Shown here piece after piece: positions 54,423 through 63,494 of a stretch of DNA of 64,000 nucleotides. A program made the position numbers and the translations under genes. Origin of the DNA: an uncultured virus (IMG/VR IMGVR_UViG_2571042902_000002) (lineage: Duplodnaviria > Heunggongvirae > Uroviricota > Caudoviricetes); the IMG/VR virus record IMGVR_UViG_2571042902_000002, positions 1 through 64,000 of that record; one strand, 5' to 3'. Each line of letters begins with the position of its first letter. Within the stretch, counting starts at the first letter, position 1. Below the pieces are notes generated by a model. The model was not told the DNA's origin and did no database searches. It worked only from the letters and a program-made list of their open reading frames with translations.

Positions 54423-55433
54423 TCAGAGGCTGGTGACTAGATCAGAAATCGCTCGCTGGTAACGCTCGATTGGCTCGTTATTGACCTGAGGCTTCGTGTC
54501 GTAGACCTCGTAGCTGCCTGGCTTCACATCGTACAGAGGCAGACCTAGGTGCGAGGAAACAATCGCAACAGAATGGTTGTCAGGCACTTCAAATCGCTGC
54601 AATTCACCACTCTGGAAAGCGCTTGGCTTCTTGTCTTTCAGGTTTCTCGCTCGCGCTTCGATATTGTCGAACATGGCTGAAAATGCCTTGCTCGCCTTTT
54701 TGTCGTATTGCGTAGAGCGATTGAAGACGAAGGAGTGAATAACAGGGACCGGAGCGCCAAATTGATTACTTCGGTCAAAGAAGCTAACGGCCTTGTAGGC
54801 GTCCTGAACATCAATCCCGTAGACCAGTTGTCCAAGGTTGTCGATCGCTCGCGCGGAAGAGCCATCGCTCGAACATGGGACGATAATCTGGTTGGCAGCC
54901 AGAAGCGCGAGCTCAGTGTAGGCCGCGAAGCTGGGATTGCAGTCGATGAAGCAGGTGGTTTCTTGCTCACCAAGGTAATTGCCACAGGCCGTTACCAGAT
55001 CCTTGAGCCAGAGGTGGACATTCTTCCAAGAGTCTGCCGGCAGGCTGACGGCGCTCAATTGGTTGATTACAGGAGCCTGGACCTCAAGACTTGGGTCACC
55101 CGCCAGGCAGTAAAGATTGTCTGGCATGTTGGCGTTGTGATCCTTCCCTTTCACCAAAAAAGACGTCTCACTACCCGTAATCGCATGTGCGCTACGTGTG
55201 CGGGCATCAAAATACCCGCCGATGGTTTTGCGCTGAGCAATGAGCTTTCCAAGCGCAGCGGCACCTTTGCCGTTACCGCCAAGAATGATCTCCGAAAGGT
55301 TGGCCTGCGGGCACATGTCAGCGACGATGACGCGCTTTTCAGGGTGAATTCGTGCATATTCTGACGCGATAGCAAACGTCAGGTAAGTCTTTCCGACCCC
55401 ACCTTTGTTGTTCCATATCGCATACGATTTCAT
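54423..55433 (-). CDS. Orphan ParA/Soj-family ATPase
   Basis: Deviant Walker A NNKGGVGKT, DMCPQANLS, FIDCNPS; hairpin terminator near 54394-54418. Confidence 0.85.
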   Translation of the reverse strand: MKSYAIWNNKGGVGKTYLTFAIASEYARIHPEKRVIVADMCPQANLSEIILGGNGKGAAALGKLIAQRKTIGGYFDARTRSAHAITGSETSFLVKGKDHNANMPDNLYCLAGDPSLEVQAPVINQLSAVSLPADSWKNVHLWLKDLVTACGNYLGEQETTCFIDCNPSFAAYTELALLAANQIIVPCSSDGSSARAIDNLGQLVYGIDVQDAYKAVSFFDRSNQFGAPVPVIHSFVFNRSTQYDKKASKAFSAMFDNIEARARNLKDKKPSAFQSGELQRFEVPDNHSVAIVSSHLGLPLYDVKPGSYEVYDTKPQVNNEPIERYQRAISDLVTSL

Positions 55434-55615
55434 GTTTGCACCTGTCGCGGCCGTTACCTTTTTCGTGCCTTTCATTCTATCAGAACTCCCCATTATTTCG
55501 GCTGATCGCCGCAATTCCTTTCGCTCGTTGTGATTGGCGACCGACTGACTCCGCTCACCCCCACGATCCTACACGCGCCTACCTGCAAATCCCCACTCCG
55601 CCAGATCACTTTTCC

Positions 55616-55792
55616 CTAAGGTTTTTTGTTTGGCCATATCAAGAAGATCAGTCCCGCAAGACCTGGCGCTAGGAACCAGAAATCGGTGATAGGTCGCCCC
55701 AGATCAGGATCTGCTTTCGGTAAGGGGAATGTGATCGCCAGCAGGATGGAGATCAGGATCAGGCCAATGCCGATTAGCCGCCGAGTATTCAT
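55616..55792 (-). CDS. 58-aa two-TM peptide
   Basis: MNTRRLIGIGLILISILLAITF...FWFLAPGLAGLIFLIW; TGATG coupling to the lipoprotein gene. Confidence 0.6.
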   Translation of the reverse strand: MNTRRLIGIGLILISILLAITFPLPKADPDLGRPITDFWFLAPGLAGLIFLIWPNKKP

Positions 55793-56103
55793 CAGTTTTT
55801 CCCCGGCTGACCATTGGTCATCACGTACCGCTTGACCTTGTTGTCCTTGTCGAAGAGTACCGTCAGGTTCTGCTGCTCCATGCCGGTCCCGAAGGGGCCG
55901 ACGTAGACGTAGAACCAGATAGCCTGAAGATTTCCATCGGAGTCGAAGGATTGGGAAAGCGGATTGCCGAATCTCTCCAGCATCTGGTCGTAGGTGGTCT
56001 GCCCCTGAACGATCTGTCGCACGTCCGCCTGATCGATTGGTGTCCCGTTGCTGGCACAGCCGGACAGAGTAATCATCAGTACCGCAATAGCGATTGCTCG
56101 CAT
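55792..56103 (-). CDS. BamE/SmpA-like lipoprotein
   Basis: Lipobox LSGC; G.TT...ML..FGNP...W.Y...L.VLFD...V; GGAGG RBS. Confidence 0.78.
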   Translation of the reverse strand: MRAIAIAVLMITLSGCASNGTPIDQADVRQIVQGQTTYDQMLERFGNPLSQSFDSDGNLQAIWFYVYVGPFGTGMEQQNLTVLFDKDNKVKRYVMTNGQPGKN

Positions 56104-56180
56104 GGAACCTCCCTGTTTGATCAAAAAATGTTCTGCGCCAAGCGGCCTGGCTCAGAACTTCTGCCCATTCCAGCCGTAGA

Positions 56181-56813
56181 TCACCTGAACTTGCGGATAG
56201 CTCGGGTGACAACGCCGACCATCTCGCAGTTGTCGTCGATGGATAGCATGCGATATGCGGGGTTCAGGGGTTTCAAGTACTTCTGGCCTGCGTCGGACAC
56301 GAACTGTTTGAAGGTTGCCTCGTTGCTGTCGGCCAGCTTCGCAACCACCAGATCGCCAGGCCTCGGCTCGAGCCCGGTGTCGACGAGAATCAGCATGCCT
56401 TCCGGAATGCTCTCGCCGGCCGGGGCCGTCATCGAATCCCCCTTCACCTCCAGCCAGAATGAGCTTCCCTTACCCTTGTAGTCACTGAGTTCGAATGTAT
56501 CGAAGCCGGCCGGCTCTATCGCTTCGCGCCAAGCGCCTGCGGCGACCCAACTAACTATCGGGTATCGATACATGCGGGTCGGCTGATCTGCTGGTGCCAC
56601 GTTCTGCACTCGATCATCAGGCAACTGGATTGTGAGAGGGGGCAGATTGAGCAAGGTCAACATTTGATTGATGTCGGCAATGCTGGGCTCTCTCCGCCCG
56701 TTTAGCCAGTGCGCTACGGCCCCCTGAGTTTTCCCCATCTGCTCTGCGAGCTGCGCTTGTGTGATGTCCTGCCGCGCCATGGCATTGCGGACTATCTGTA
56801 TCCAGTTATTCAT
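56181..56813 (-). CDS. cI: CI-like repressor (HTH + S24 peptidase)
   Basis: ITQAQLAEQMGKTQGAVAHWLNG HTH; VAAG, GDSM and TFKQ motifs. Confidence 0.92.
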   Translation of the reverse strand: MNNWIQIVRNAMARQDITQAQLAEQMGKTQGAVAHWLNGRREPSIADINQMLTLLNLPPLTIQLPDDRVQNVAPADQPTRMYRYPIVSWVAAGAWREAIEPAGFDTFELSDYKGKGSSFWLEVKGDSMTAPAGESIPEGMLILVDTGLEPRPGDLVVAKLADSNEATFKQFVSDAGQKYLKPLNPAYRMLSIDDNCEMVGVVTRAIRKFR

Positions 56814-56822
56814 GGGCGGAAT

Positions 56823-56895
56823 GCTACAGACCGTATTAGCAAGTGCAACGCACGTCATGTACTAATCCTTGCAAGAAATAAGTACGAAATGTATT
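56823..56895. promoter_or_regulatory. OR operators of prophage 2
   Basis: 15-bp TAC-N5-GTA-type sites at 56823, 56849 (degenerate) and 56881, matching the OL sites. Confidence 0.6.
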
Positions 56896-56928
56896 TTCAA
56901 AAAAGGACACTTCACCTTGGAGGAAGCC

Positions 56929-57171
56929 ATGAGTGCCTTGAAAGCCATCCGCAAGCAGGCGGGTGTGACCCAGACCCAGCTTGCCGAGCGAGTTGGGCTG
57001 ACCCAGGCCGCGATCGGCCACTACGAAACAGGGCGCCGTAAGCCTGGGCTCAGTGAATGCCGACGCATCGTGGCGGCACTGAACGACCTTGGTGCTGAGT
57101 GCACGCTGGCTGAAGCTTTTCCTGAGCCAGAGCATGACTCGCTTGCTGTATCCGTCCAAATGGCGTCCTGA
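56929..57171 (+). CDS. cro: Cro-like HTH regulator
   Basis: LKAIRKQAGVTQTQLAERVGLTQAAIGHYETGRRKP; GGAGG RBS. Confidence 0.88.
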   Translation: MSALKAIRKQAGVTQTQLAERVGLTQAAIGHYETGRRKPGLSECRRIVAALNDLGAECTLAEAFPEPEHDSLAVSVQMAS

Positions 57172-57429
57172 CCATGTCGACGAGCAAGTTAACTCCCGAG
57201 CAATCGAGCTCTAGCTTCGGCGGGGTGGTAGGCGGCCTTACCTTCACGCAGTCCCAGCTTGGCCTGGTGCTGCTCGCCAATCGCTGCGAGCCGGACAGCA
57301 CTGAGCTGTTCCTCCGCGTCACCGCCCACGATCTACCCGTCCAGTTCTACACGCCGCTGCACACCAGCCATGGACCTCGGATCGGGTTCCTCCATTTCAC
57401 GCTGGGCTCAACGGAGGAGGTGGGGGGCG

Positions 57430-57942
57430 TCACGACAGGAACGTACGAACTATCTCGACTGCTCGAGGCAGATTGTCCATGCCCAGGTCCAGTAGTCGCG
57501 TTGTCAGGTGTTTTATGGAATCGGCGGGCAGTCCTCGAAGCGCTTGAACAAGCTGGGTTTTCTCCTCCGGCGTCACCTGCTGATCACTCGCATTGGCGAG
57601 ACGTAGCTCGATCATCTGGCGGAGAGAGTCCTCATGAAACTTGATCGTCACCGGCCCCAGGATTGCGCTCAGGCCGCCGTCATCTGCCAGAAAGTCGATT
57701 CCCTTGGCGCTGATCTCTGCGTACAGCAGCTCGCGCCCCTCGCTCATGAAGTCAGTGATCTTCGCCCGGATCAGGCCGTGCTCGTGCAGGTAGGCGCAGC
57801 AGGCGGTGAGCATCTCGGTGTCGTCGAAGAGATCGGAGAGCCCATCGGTATGTACTGGATTGGGATACGCGTCCGCCAAGCGGTCCAGAACGGCTTTCTG
57901 AGTCGTGCGATCGATTTTCAAGTTTTCAGCCTCCTCGGCCAT
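57430..57942 (-). CDS. Winged-helix-like phage protein
   Basis: YLHEHGLI...ISAKGIDFLADDGGLSAILG.VTIK.H motif; antisense to the PR operon. Confidence 0.7.
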   Translation of the reverse strand: MAEEAENLKIDRTTQKAVLDRLADAYPNPVHTDGLSDLFDDTEMLTACCAYLHEHGLIRAKITDFMSEGRELLYAEISAKGIDFLADDGGLSAILGPVTIKFHEDSLRQMIELRLANASDQQVTPEEKTQLVQALRGLPADSIKHLTTRLLDLGMDNLPRAVEIVRTFLS

Positions 57943-58024
57943 CGCGCTGTAAAGAGAGCCAGGGATAGCGCGGTCATCCGTGCGTCATGGCGAAATGATC
58001 CTAACCGTGTGGGAGACGCAGTGC

Positions 58025-58597
58025 ATGCGGAATGAGTCGCACACCCTGATTTCCACGCTGCTCGGCGTGGTGAACCAATGGCGCCGCCGAGAGGGGTGGA
58101 GCCGCGAGACCGTCGTCCAGCACATCGTGGAGGCGCACGAGCGCATCCAGGGAGCGCTGGTCACCGGCATCGTCTTCGACCCGCCAACGCGCGATACAAC
58201 CGAGCGGATGAAGGTCAACGCCGACCGCGTGTTCCGCTGGCTGGACGACGGAACCAAGGACACCAACCTGGTGCCGGCGAACTTCGTACCCAGCATCCTC
58301 GCCGCGCTGCCGACTGACCTGAAGGTCCAGGCCCTGGGCGACATCCTGACGCCGCTGGGCGTATCGGTACGTCTGATTGGCGGCGATGCAGGCCAGCGGC
58401 CGGAGGTGCTCTGCATGCTCCGGACGCTCATCAAGGAGAACGGTGAGGCGCAGCAGGCTGTTGCCAACCTCGTCGACGGCGCCGATGACCAGGAACTGCA
58501 GGAGGCCCACCGAGAGCTCTCCGAATCCAGGGCGGCGACCGATGAGGCGCTGCGGATGATCGACCAGATGCGCCGGCCGCGCCTTGTTCAGGGGTAG
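58025..58597 (+). CDS. YdaT-like (CII-analogue) regulator
   Basis: N.DRVFRWLDD...PSILAALP motif; lies between cro and the replication genes. Confidence 0.65.
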   Translation: MRNESHTLISTLLGVVNQWRRREGWSRETVVQHIVEAHERIQGALVTGIVFDPPTRDTTERMKVNADRVFRWLDDGTKDTNLVPANFVPSILAALPTDLKVQALGDILTPLGVSVRLIGGDAGQRPEVLCMLRTLIKENGEAQQAVANLVDGADDQELQEAHRELSESRAATDEALRMIDQMRRPRLVQG

Positions 58598-58599
58598 CC

Positions 58600-59484
58600 G
58601 TGCCGTCCTTCCAGATCAACGACGAGGAGCGGGAGGCGCTCCGCGGCCTACCCATGCTTGCCCGCGAGATCTACGTGTTCGCGCTGCGCCCGTTCATGGA
58701 CTTCGCAACAGGCGTTGTCGGAGAGCGGCGCGGGATCTCTTGGAAGTCGATTGCCGAGGAGCTCTACGTCGAGCCGCACCAGGGCATCAAGGGCGGGGAG
58801 CCCTCCGAAAAGGAACTGCGGCGGGCGCTGGTCTGGCTGCAGAAGGTGGGTCTGGTAGGCCCCAATCTGGCCGAAAGGCGCCTGATTTTTGAGTTACCGA
58901 AGGCTTCACGGGATCAATCCGTCCGAAAAAAAGTGGGCACTAAGTGGGCAGATGAAGCGGGCAGTTATGTGGAAGGGTCGGAGCCCAGTAACTACGCGGC
59001 TTTCCCGGAAAAAGAGGGCAGATATGTGGGAGGGGGTGAAAGTGAAAAAGTGGGCACACCTCCGGTATCCGGTAATAACCGTACCGTACCTAACGCGTGC
59101 GTGCGCGAATGCCCAGCCGATCCGGCCACTGCGGGACAGTGGTGCCAGTTCTTCATCCGCGAGCGCGGATTCCAGATCCACGCGGTGCAGACCGCCAGGA
59201 CCATGCCGCTGTTCGCCTCTTGGGTCGAGCGCGGTGTCACCGCGGAGCAGATGCTCGCGGCAATGGAGATCGCCGAAGCCAAGCTCGGCGCCCCGCCTGA
59301 CTCCCCCCTGTACTACCGAAATTTTCTCGATGAACTCTTGCTGGAACGCCACCGGATGGCAACAGCACCGCATGCGGAGCACCGCCATGAGCAAACCGAT
59401 GGACGAAACGCCCAAGCACGTCAGCGACCCGCTGCACGACGTTCGCGCAACGCTGTTGACATCCTCCACGACGACGACTGGTGA
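58600..59484 (+). CDS. Replication initiator (O-like)
   Basis: N-terminal wHTH; position; GTG start. Confidence 0.65.
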   Translation: MPSFQINDEEREALRGLPMLAREIYVFALRPFMDFATGVVGERRGISWKSIAEELYVEPHQGIKGGEPSEKELRRALVWLQKVGLVGPNLAERRLIFELPKASRDQSVRKKVGTKWADEAGSYVEGSEPSNYAAFPEKEGRYVGGGESEKVGTPPVSGNNRTVPNACVRECPADPATAGQWCQFFIRERGFQIHAVQTARTMPLFASWVERGVTAEQMLAAMEIAEAKLGAPPDSPLYYRNFLDELLLERHRMATAPHAEHRHEQTDGRNAQARQRPAARRSRNAVDILHDDDW

Positions 59485-60142
59485 GCCGCAGATCGAGAAT
59501 CTGGTCGAACTTGACGCCCAGGCGCGCAGGGCGGTGAAACGCGTGTTCGCTACCCTCAAAACCAGCTATCCGGCTTGGTACGAGAAGCACTACGGGGAAC
59601 GTCGTGCGGAGACGCTCGCCAAGCGAGTCTGGCTGACCGGTATCAAGCACCTGAGCGACATGCAGGTCGACCGAGGCCTCCAGCGGATGGTGCTGGATCA
59701 GGACTTTCCTCCGAGCCTCAAGGAGTTCCTGCGGCTGTGCCGCAAGATCGACGGTTTGCCGAGCGCCGAGGGCGCCTGGTACGAAGCCTTGGAGCAGCGC
59801 TACAGCCACAAGGTCGTGAAGGTGGCTGCCGAACTCACAGGCCTGTTCGAGCTTCGTCGGGCCCAGTACGGCGACAAGCGACTTCGCGCTGAGTTCGAGC
59901 ATAACTATGCCGTAGTGGTCCGACGCCTCGAGGCTGGTGAGCCGCTGGACGGAAAGGTCGCCAAGGCGATTGGCCTCGACAGCCAGAAGTCGGAGCTGCA
60001 GCGCGCCGATGAGCTTGCCGAGCAGCAACTGCTCCACCGGATGCAAGCCCAGGGACTGGATGGGCTCAGTGGCGCCCAGGCGCGGGAACTGCTGCTGGCC
60101 AAGATGCGCCGGAAAGCGCCGGAGGTGCGCCGTGATGCATGA
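59387..60142 (+). CDS. Replication protein P-like
   Basis: AKRVWL..I...QV.RGL...DFPPS..EF..LC motif; start uncertain. Confidence 0.7.
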   Translation: MSKPMDETPKHVSDPLHDVRATLLTSSTTTTGEPQIENLVELDAQARRAVKRVFATLKTSYPAWYEKHYGERRAETLAKRVWLTGIKHLSDMQVDRGLQRMVLDQDFPPSLKEFLRLCRKIDGLPSAEGAWYEALEQRYSHKVVKVAAELTGLFELRRAQYGDKRLRAEFEHNYAVVVRRLEAGEPLDGKVAKAIGLDSQKSELQRADELAEQQLLHRMQAQGLDGLSGAQARELLLAKMRRKAPEVRRDA

Positions 60143-60578
60143 CCTCCGCCCGGTGATGTTCATGGTACCCGGCGAGCCGGTGGGGAAGGGGAGACCGCGT
60201 ATCGGTCGCGTCGGCGCCCACGCCAGGATGTTCACGCCGGCGAAGACGGCGAACTACGAGGGGCTGATCGCGCACAGCGGACAGCAGGCCATGGCAGGTC
60301 GCGCGCTGTTCGAGGGCCCAGTGCTGGTCGAGCTCGACATCGCGCTGAGCATCCCTCAATCGATGTCGAAAAAGCGGAAGTCGCTGGCGCTGGCCGGCGG
60401 CCTGTACCCCACCAAGAAGCCCGATATGGACAACGTGATCAAAGCGATCTACGACGGCCTGAACGGCGTTGTCTGGAAGGACGACGTCCAGGTCGTGAAG
60501 GCGGTGGTGGGGAAGCGCTACGGCGAAACGCCAGGCGTGCGAGTGAAGATCGTCCCTCTCCTCGAGGGCGAGCAGTGA
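60135..60578 (+). CDS. rusA: RusA Holliday junction resolvase
   Basis: GEPVGKGRPR; KPDMDNVIKAIYDGLNGVVWKDD.QV. Confidence 0.92.
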   Translation: MHDLRPVMFMVPGEPVGKGRPRIGRVGAHARMFTPAKTANYEGLIAHSGQQAMAGRALFEGPVLVELDIALSIPQSMSKKRKSLALAGGLYPTKKPDMDNVIKAIYDGLNGVVWKDDVQVVKAVVGKRYGETPGVRVKIVPLLEGEQ

Positions 60579-60606
60579 CTACAGGAAACTACAGGGGAGA
60601 GTCGAA

Positions 60607-61476
60607 ATGAGACTGATCAGCGCGCGCCAGGCTTGGCATGACGCCTTCTACGAGAGTCGGAGCTCAGTGCTGGCGGTGGCGGCCGACAAGGCCGCGCTGG
60701 GCAAGAAGGGGCGGGTGGCCAACGAGACGCACCCCGACCGCAAGGACACCAACGGGCGTAGCGCCCACATGCTGGCCGCCGGCCTGGTGCAGGCTGCCAT
60801 CCGCTCGCTGCCGAAGCCGCTGCAGCACTTCGGCCACACGCTGTACTCGCCGCTGGCCACCGGTGACGACGTGGCGATCGCTCACGGCCTGGTCTGGATC
60901 GGCGCCGGCCTCGGCCAACTGACCCAGCGCCAGGGCGAGCGGGCTTACTGGATGGCGCTGGCGGCGATCAACTCGCATAAGCGCGCCGTCAATGGCCGCG
61001 ACACACTGCGCCCGGGCGAGGTCTGCCTCTTCATCGAGGAGCGTCTCGGCTGCCGGATCGACCCCGGCAACTGGGCGCGGGATTACGCCAGTACCTGGGA
61101 GCGGCTGGCGCGCCACGTCGACAAGCTGGATGCCCAGGCGCTGAGGCCGGTCGCCGAGGTGGTGGCGAAGCAGTGCGGCCTGCGGAAGGGGCCGGGCTGG
61201 CGCTGGCACCAAGTCGACCGCGATGTGGTGGCGTTGCACCGGGCGGAGGCCTACGCCGAGCGCCGGGAGCATCACCAGCAGCGCCTGGCTGAACGTCTGC
61301 GCGGGATGTCGGACCAGGAGCTGGCGCGGTGGGCGGCGAGGATGCGGCGGTACGGGGAGGCATACCGGGAGGAGTGGGGCGAGGACATCCTGGAATGCCC
61401 CAGTGTCCATCAGCGCTACCACGACCGCGTGGCGGCCTACTGGACCCAGCGGGAACGCCTGAAACGGGTCGCTTGA
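60607..61476 (+). CDS. Probable late gene regulator (Q position)
   Basis: 289 aa after rusA, followed by a promoter-terminator unit and holins. Confidence 0.55.
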   Translation: MRLISARQAWHDAFYESRSSVLAVAADKAALGKKGRVANETHPDRKDTNGRSAHMLAAGLVQAAIRSLPKPLQHFGHTLYSPLATGDDVAIAHGLVWIGAGLGQLTQRQGERAYWMALAAINSHKRAVNGRDTLRPGEVCLFIEERLGCRIDPGNWARDYASTWERLARHVDKLDAQALRPVAEVVAKQCGLRKGPGWRWHQVDRDVVALHRAEAYAERREHHQQRLAERLRGMSDQELARWAARMRRYGEAYREEWGEDILECPSVHQRYHDRVAAYWTQRERLKRVA

Positions 61477-61573
61477 CGATTTGAAGAGCATTTGGGTATC
61501 GTTTTGCCATTGTGCACAGTTGCACCCAATCAACAGATTCCCCCAAAAACCCGGCTCTGAAGCCGGGTTTTTT
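61473..61573 (+). promoter_or_regulatory. pR'/tR'-like late promoter and terminator
   Basis: TTGACG-18 bp-TATCGT, then an AACCCGGC/GCCGGGTT hairpin with a T run near 61545-61573. Confidence 0.55.
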
Positions 61574-61691
61574 ATTGCCGTAGTCAGCAGTCTCACCTGC
61601 CACATCCGGCTGCTAGCAAAGTGACGGGTTACCGACCCACAAGGCCTTCACCCTTGCGATAATGACCATCTCGAAGCCGAGAGGTGGTCCT

Positions 61692-61913
61692 ATGAGAAGT
61701 CCAGATATCAAGGTCGTGAAGCTCGAGGGGGACGCAGTCCCCTGGTCTATACGCGATGCCGGCCATGAGGCCTGTTTTGTGGTTATGCATGGCCTGACGC
61801 TGAGGAGCGATTTCTTGTATTCCGAGGAAGAGGCTGAGGCAGTGGCAGACGCGGTGCACCTAGAGATCATCGAAGAGATGAGATCGATGCTGGAGTCCGT
61901 CCGAGGACGATAG
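61692..61913 (+). CDS. Small hypothetical protein
   Basis: GAGGTGG RBS; 73 aa. Confidence 0.55.
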   Translation: MRSPDIKVVKLEGDAVPWSIRDAGHEACFVVMHGLTLRSDFLYSEEEAEAVADAVHLEIIEEMRSMLESVRGR

Positions 61914-62094
61914 TTGATCAATGCAGGTGGAGCGCAGGATGCGTACAGGGGTAGTGGCCCCAGCCACCTGCTCCTATCGCAGAATTTGACCTCCAATCAG
62001 GGCTGTGACCTGGTTAGTTAGATAGGTGACACAGTTCCGTTTTTATGAACTGGCCGGAATTGACGGGTTGTCGGTGGTGCGACAAATTGCCATC

Positions 62095-62200
62095 ATCGGG
62101 CTGCCAACATTTCAAGTCGCCGGTCTGCGGTCCCCATCTCCTTCTAGCGGCTTGAACTGAAAGCACTCCTACTGAACCCCGGCCTCGGCCGGGGTTTTTT
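62095..62200 (+). ncRNA. Candidate sRNA
   Basis: TTGACG-17-CAAATT promoter (62060-62088), 10-bp stem with a C/U-rich loop, strong terminator at 62175-62200. Confidence 0.4.
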
Positions 62201-62258
62201 ATTCCCACATCGTTTGGCTCAGCCTCCGCGCTGGGCTTTTCTGCATCTGGAGTACCCC

Positions 62259-62648
62259 ATGGCTGAACCGACGAGCAGCGGAGCAGTAGCAGCAGCCGGC
62301 GCCGTCGGGCTCACTGCCACCGCGATCATCCCCGGAGTCGACGTCAATGCGGTGATCGGCGGCTTCGCCGGCGCGCTGCTGTTCGTGCTCTGGGCTCACG
62401 ACCTGACCATGGCCAGGCGCCTCGGCTACCTGCTGGCGTCCTGGGTCGGCGGCTACTACGCCGCCACAGAGGCTGTCGGGCGGGGCGCGACCCAGTTCTC
62501 CGGGCTGCCCGCACTGGTCACCGCCGCGCTGATCGTCACGATCCTGATCGGCGTGCTCGACTGGATGATTGGTGGCCGCGCGCCGGCATGGCTCCAGATC
62601 GTTCTGCAGCGCATCGTCGGCATGATCGGAGGCCGGAAAGATGGTTGA
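62259..62648 (+). CDS. Putative holin (AlpB-like)
   Basis: MAEP...PGVD.NAVIG.FAGAL.FVL; multiple TM segments. Confidence 0.75.
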   Translation: MAEPTSSGAVAAAGAVGLTATAIIPGVDVNAVIGGFAGALLFVLWAHDLTMARRLGYLLASWVGGYYAATEAVGRGATQFSGLPALVTAALIVTILIGVLDWMIGGRAPAWLQIVLQRIVGMIGGRKDG

Positions 62649-62925
62649 TCTGGTGACCCTGACGGCTGCAGCCGTCTGCGGCGCTATCAGTTGCCGCATC
62701 TTCACGTACCAGCGCCACGGCGCCACGTACCGGTTCGGCGTCTCGCTCTGCGCGTACATCCTCGCCGCTGGGACCGGCATGCAGGCGCTGTCGATCAGCC
62801 TGGCCGTGCTGATGGCGCGCCACGCAACGCCGATATCGCCCTACCTGCTGGCGGTCCTGCTGGTGCTGCTGGTGCTGGTCTACCGCAACAAGGGCAACAT
62901 CGCGCCCATCCTGAGGCTCAGTTGA
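62641..62925 (+). CDS. Holin-family membrane protein (AlpC-like)
   Basis: RIFTYQR.GA.YR.GVS..A...GN.A..L; three TM segments. Confidence 0.75.
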   Translation: MVDLVTLTAAAVCGAISCRIFTYQRHGATYRFGVSLCAYILAAGTGMQALSISLAVLMARHATPISPYLLAVLLVLLVLVYRNKGNIAPILRLS

Positions 62926-62933
62926 GGTGATCC

Positions 62934-63494
62934 ATGGCGCTAACAGCAAAACAGCGCCGCTTCGTCGCCGAGTATCTGCTCGACCTCAATGCGACCCAGG
63001 CGGCAATCAGGGCCGGGTACAGCAAGAATCGCGCGTCCGAGATCGGTTACCAACTGCTGCAGAAGCCGGACATCACATCCGCCATCCAGGCGGCTATGAA
63101 GGAGCGCGCCGAGCGCACTCAAATTGACGCCGACTACGTGCTGCGCCGGATGATCGAGATTGACCAGATGGATCTGTTGGACATCATGACCGACGCGATG
63201 GAGCTCAAGCCGGTCAGCCAGTGGCCGCGGGTGTGGCGCCAGTACCTCAGCGGCTTCGACTTGGCCGAGATGTTCGAGGGTCGCGGCGACGAGCGCGAGA
63301 TGATCGGGTTCCTGAAAAAGATCAAGTGGCCCGACAAGGTGAAGAACCTGGAACTGCTCGGACGCCACTTCGGGATGTTCAAGGAACGGGTTGAGCATTC
63401 TGGGCCTGCTGGCGGGCCAATAGCGGTGGCCGCCATGACCAAGGAGGACTACAAGCAGGCTCGCAAAGAGATGCTGGCAGAAGATGATTGCTGA
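62934..63494 (+). CDS. terS: Terminase small subunit
   Basis: LTAKQRRFV.EYL.DLNATQAAIRAGYS; KIKWPDKVKNLELLGRH. Confidence 0.93.
   Translation: MALTAKQRRFVAEYLLDLNATQAAIRAGYSKNRASEIGYQLLQKPDITSAIQAAMKERAERTQIDADYVLRRMIEIDQMDLLDIMTDAMELKPVSQWPRVWRQYLSGFDLAEMFEGRGDEREMIGFLKKIKWPDKVKNLELLGRHFGMFKERVEHSGPAGGPIAVAAMTKEDYKQARKEMLAEDDC

Noticed and set aside
62259..62934. Missing endolysin after the prophage 2 holins as a sign of a defect
   Set aside because: Prophage 1 shows the same split layout with the lysin after the tail genes; the prophage 2 lysin probably lies beyond the window
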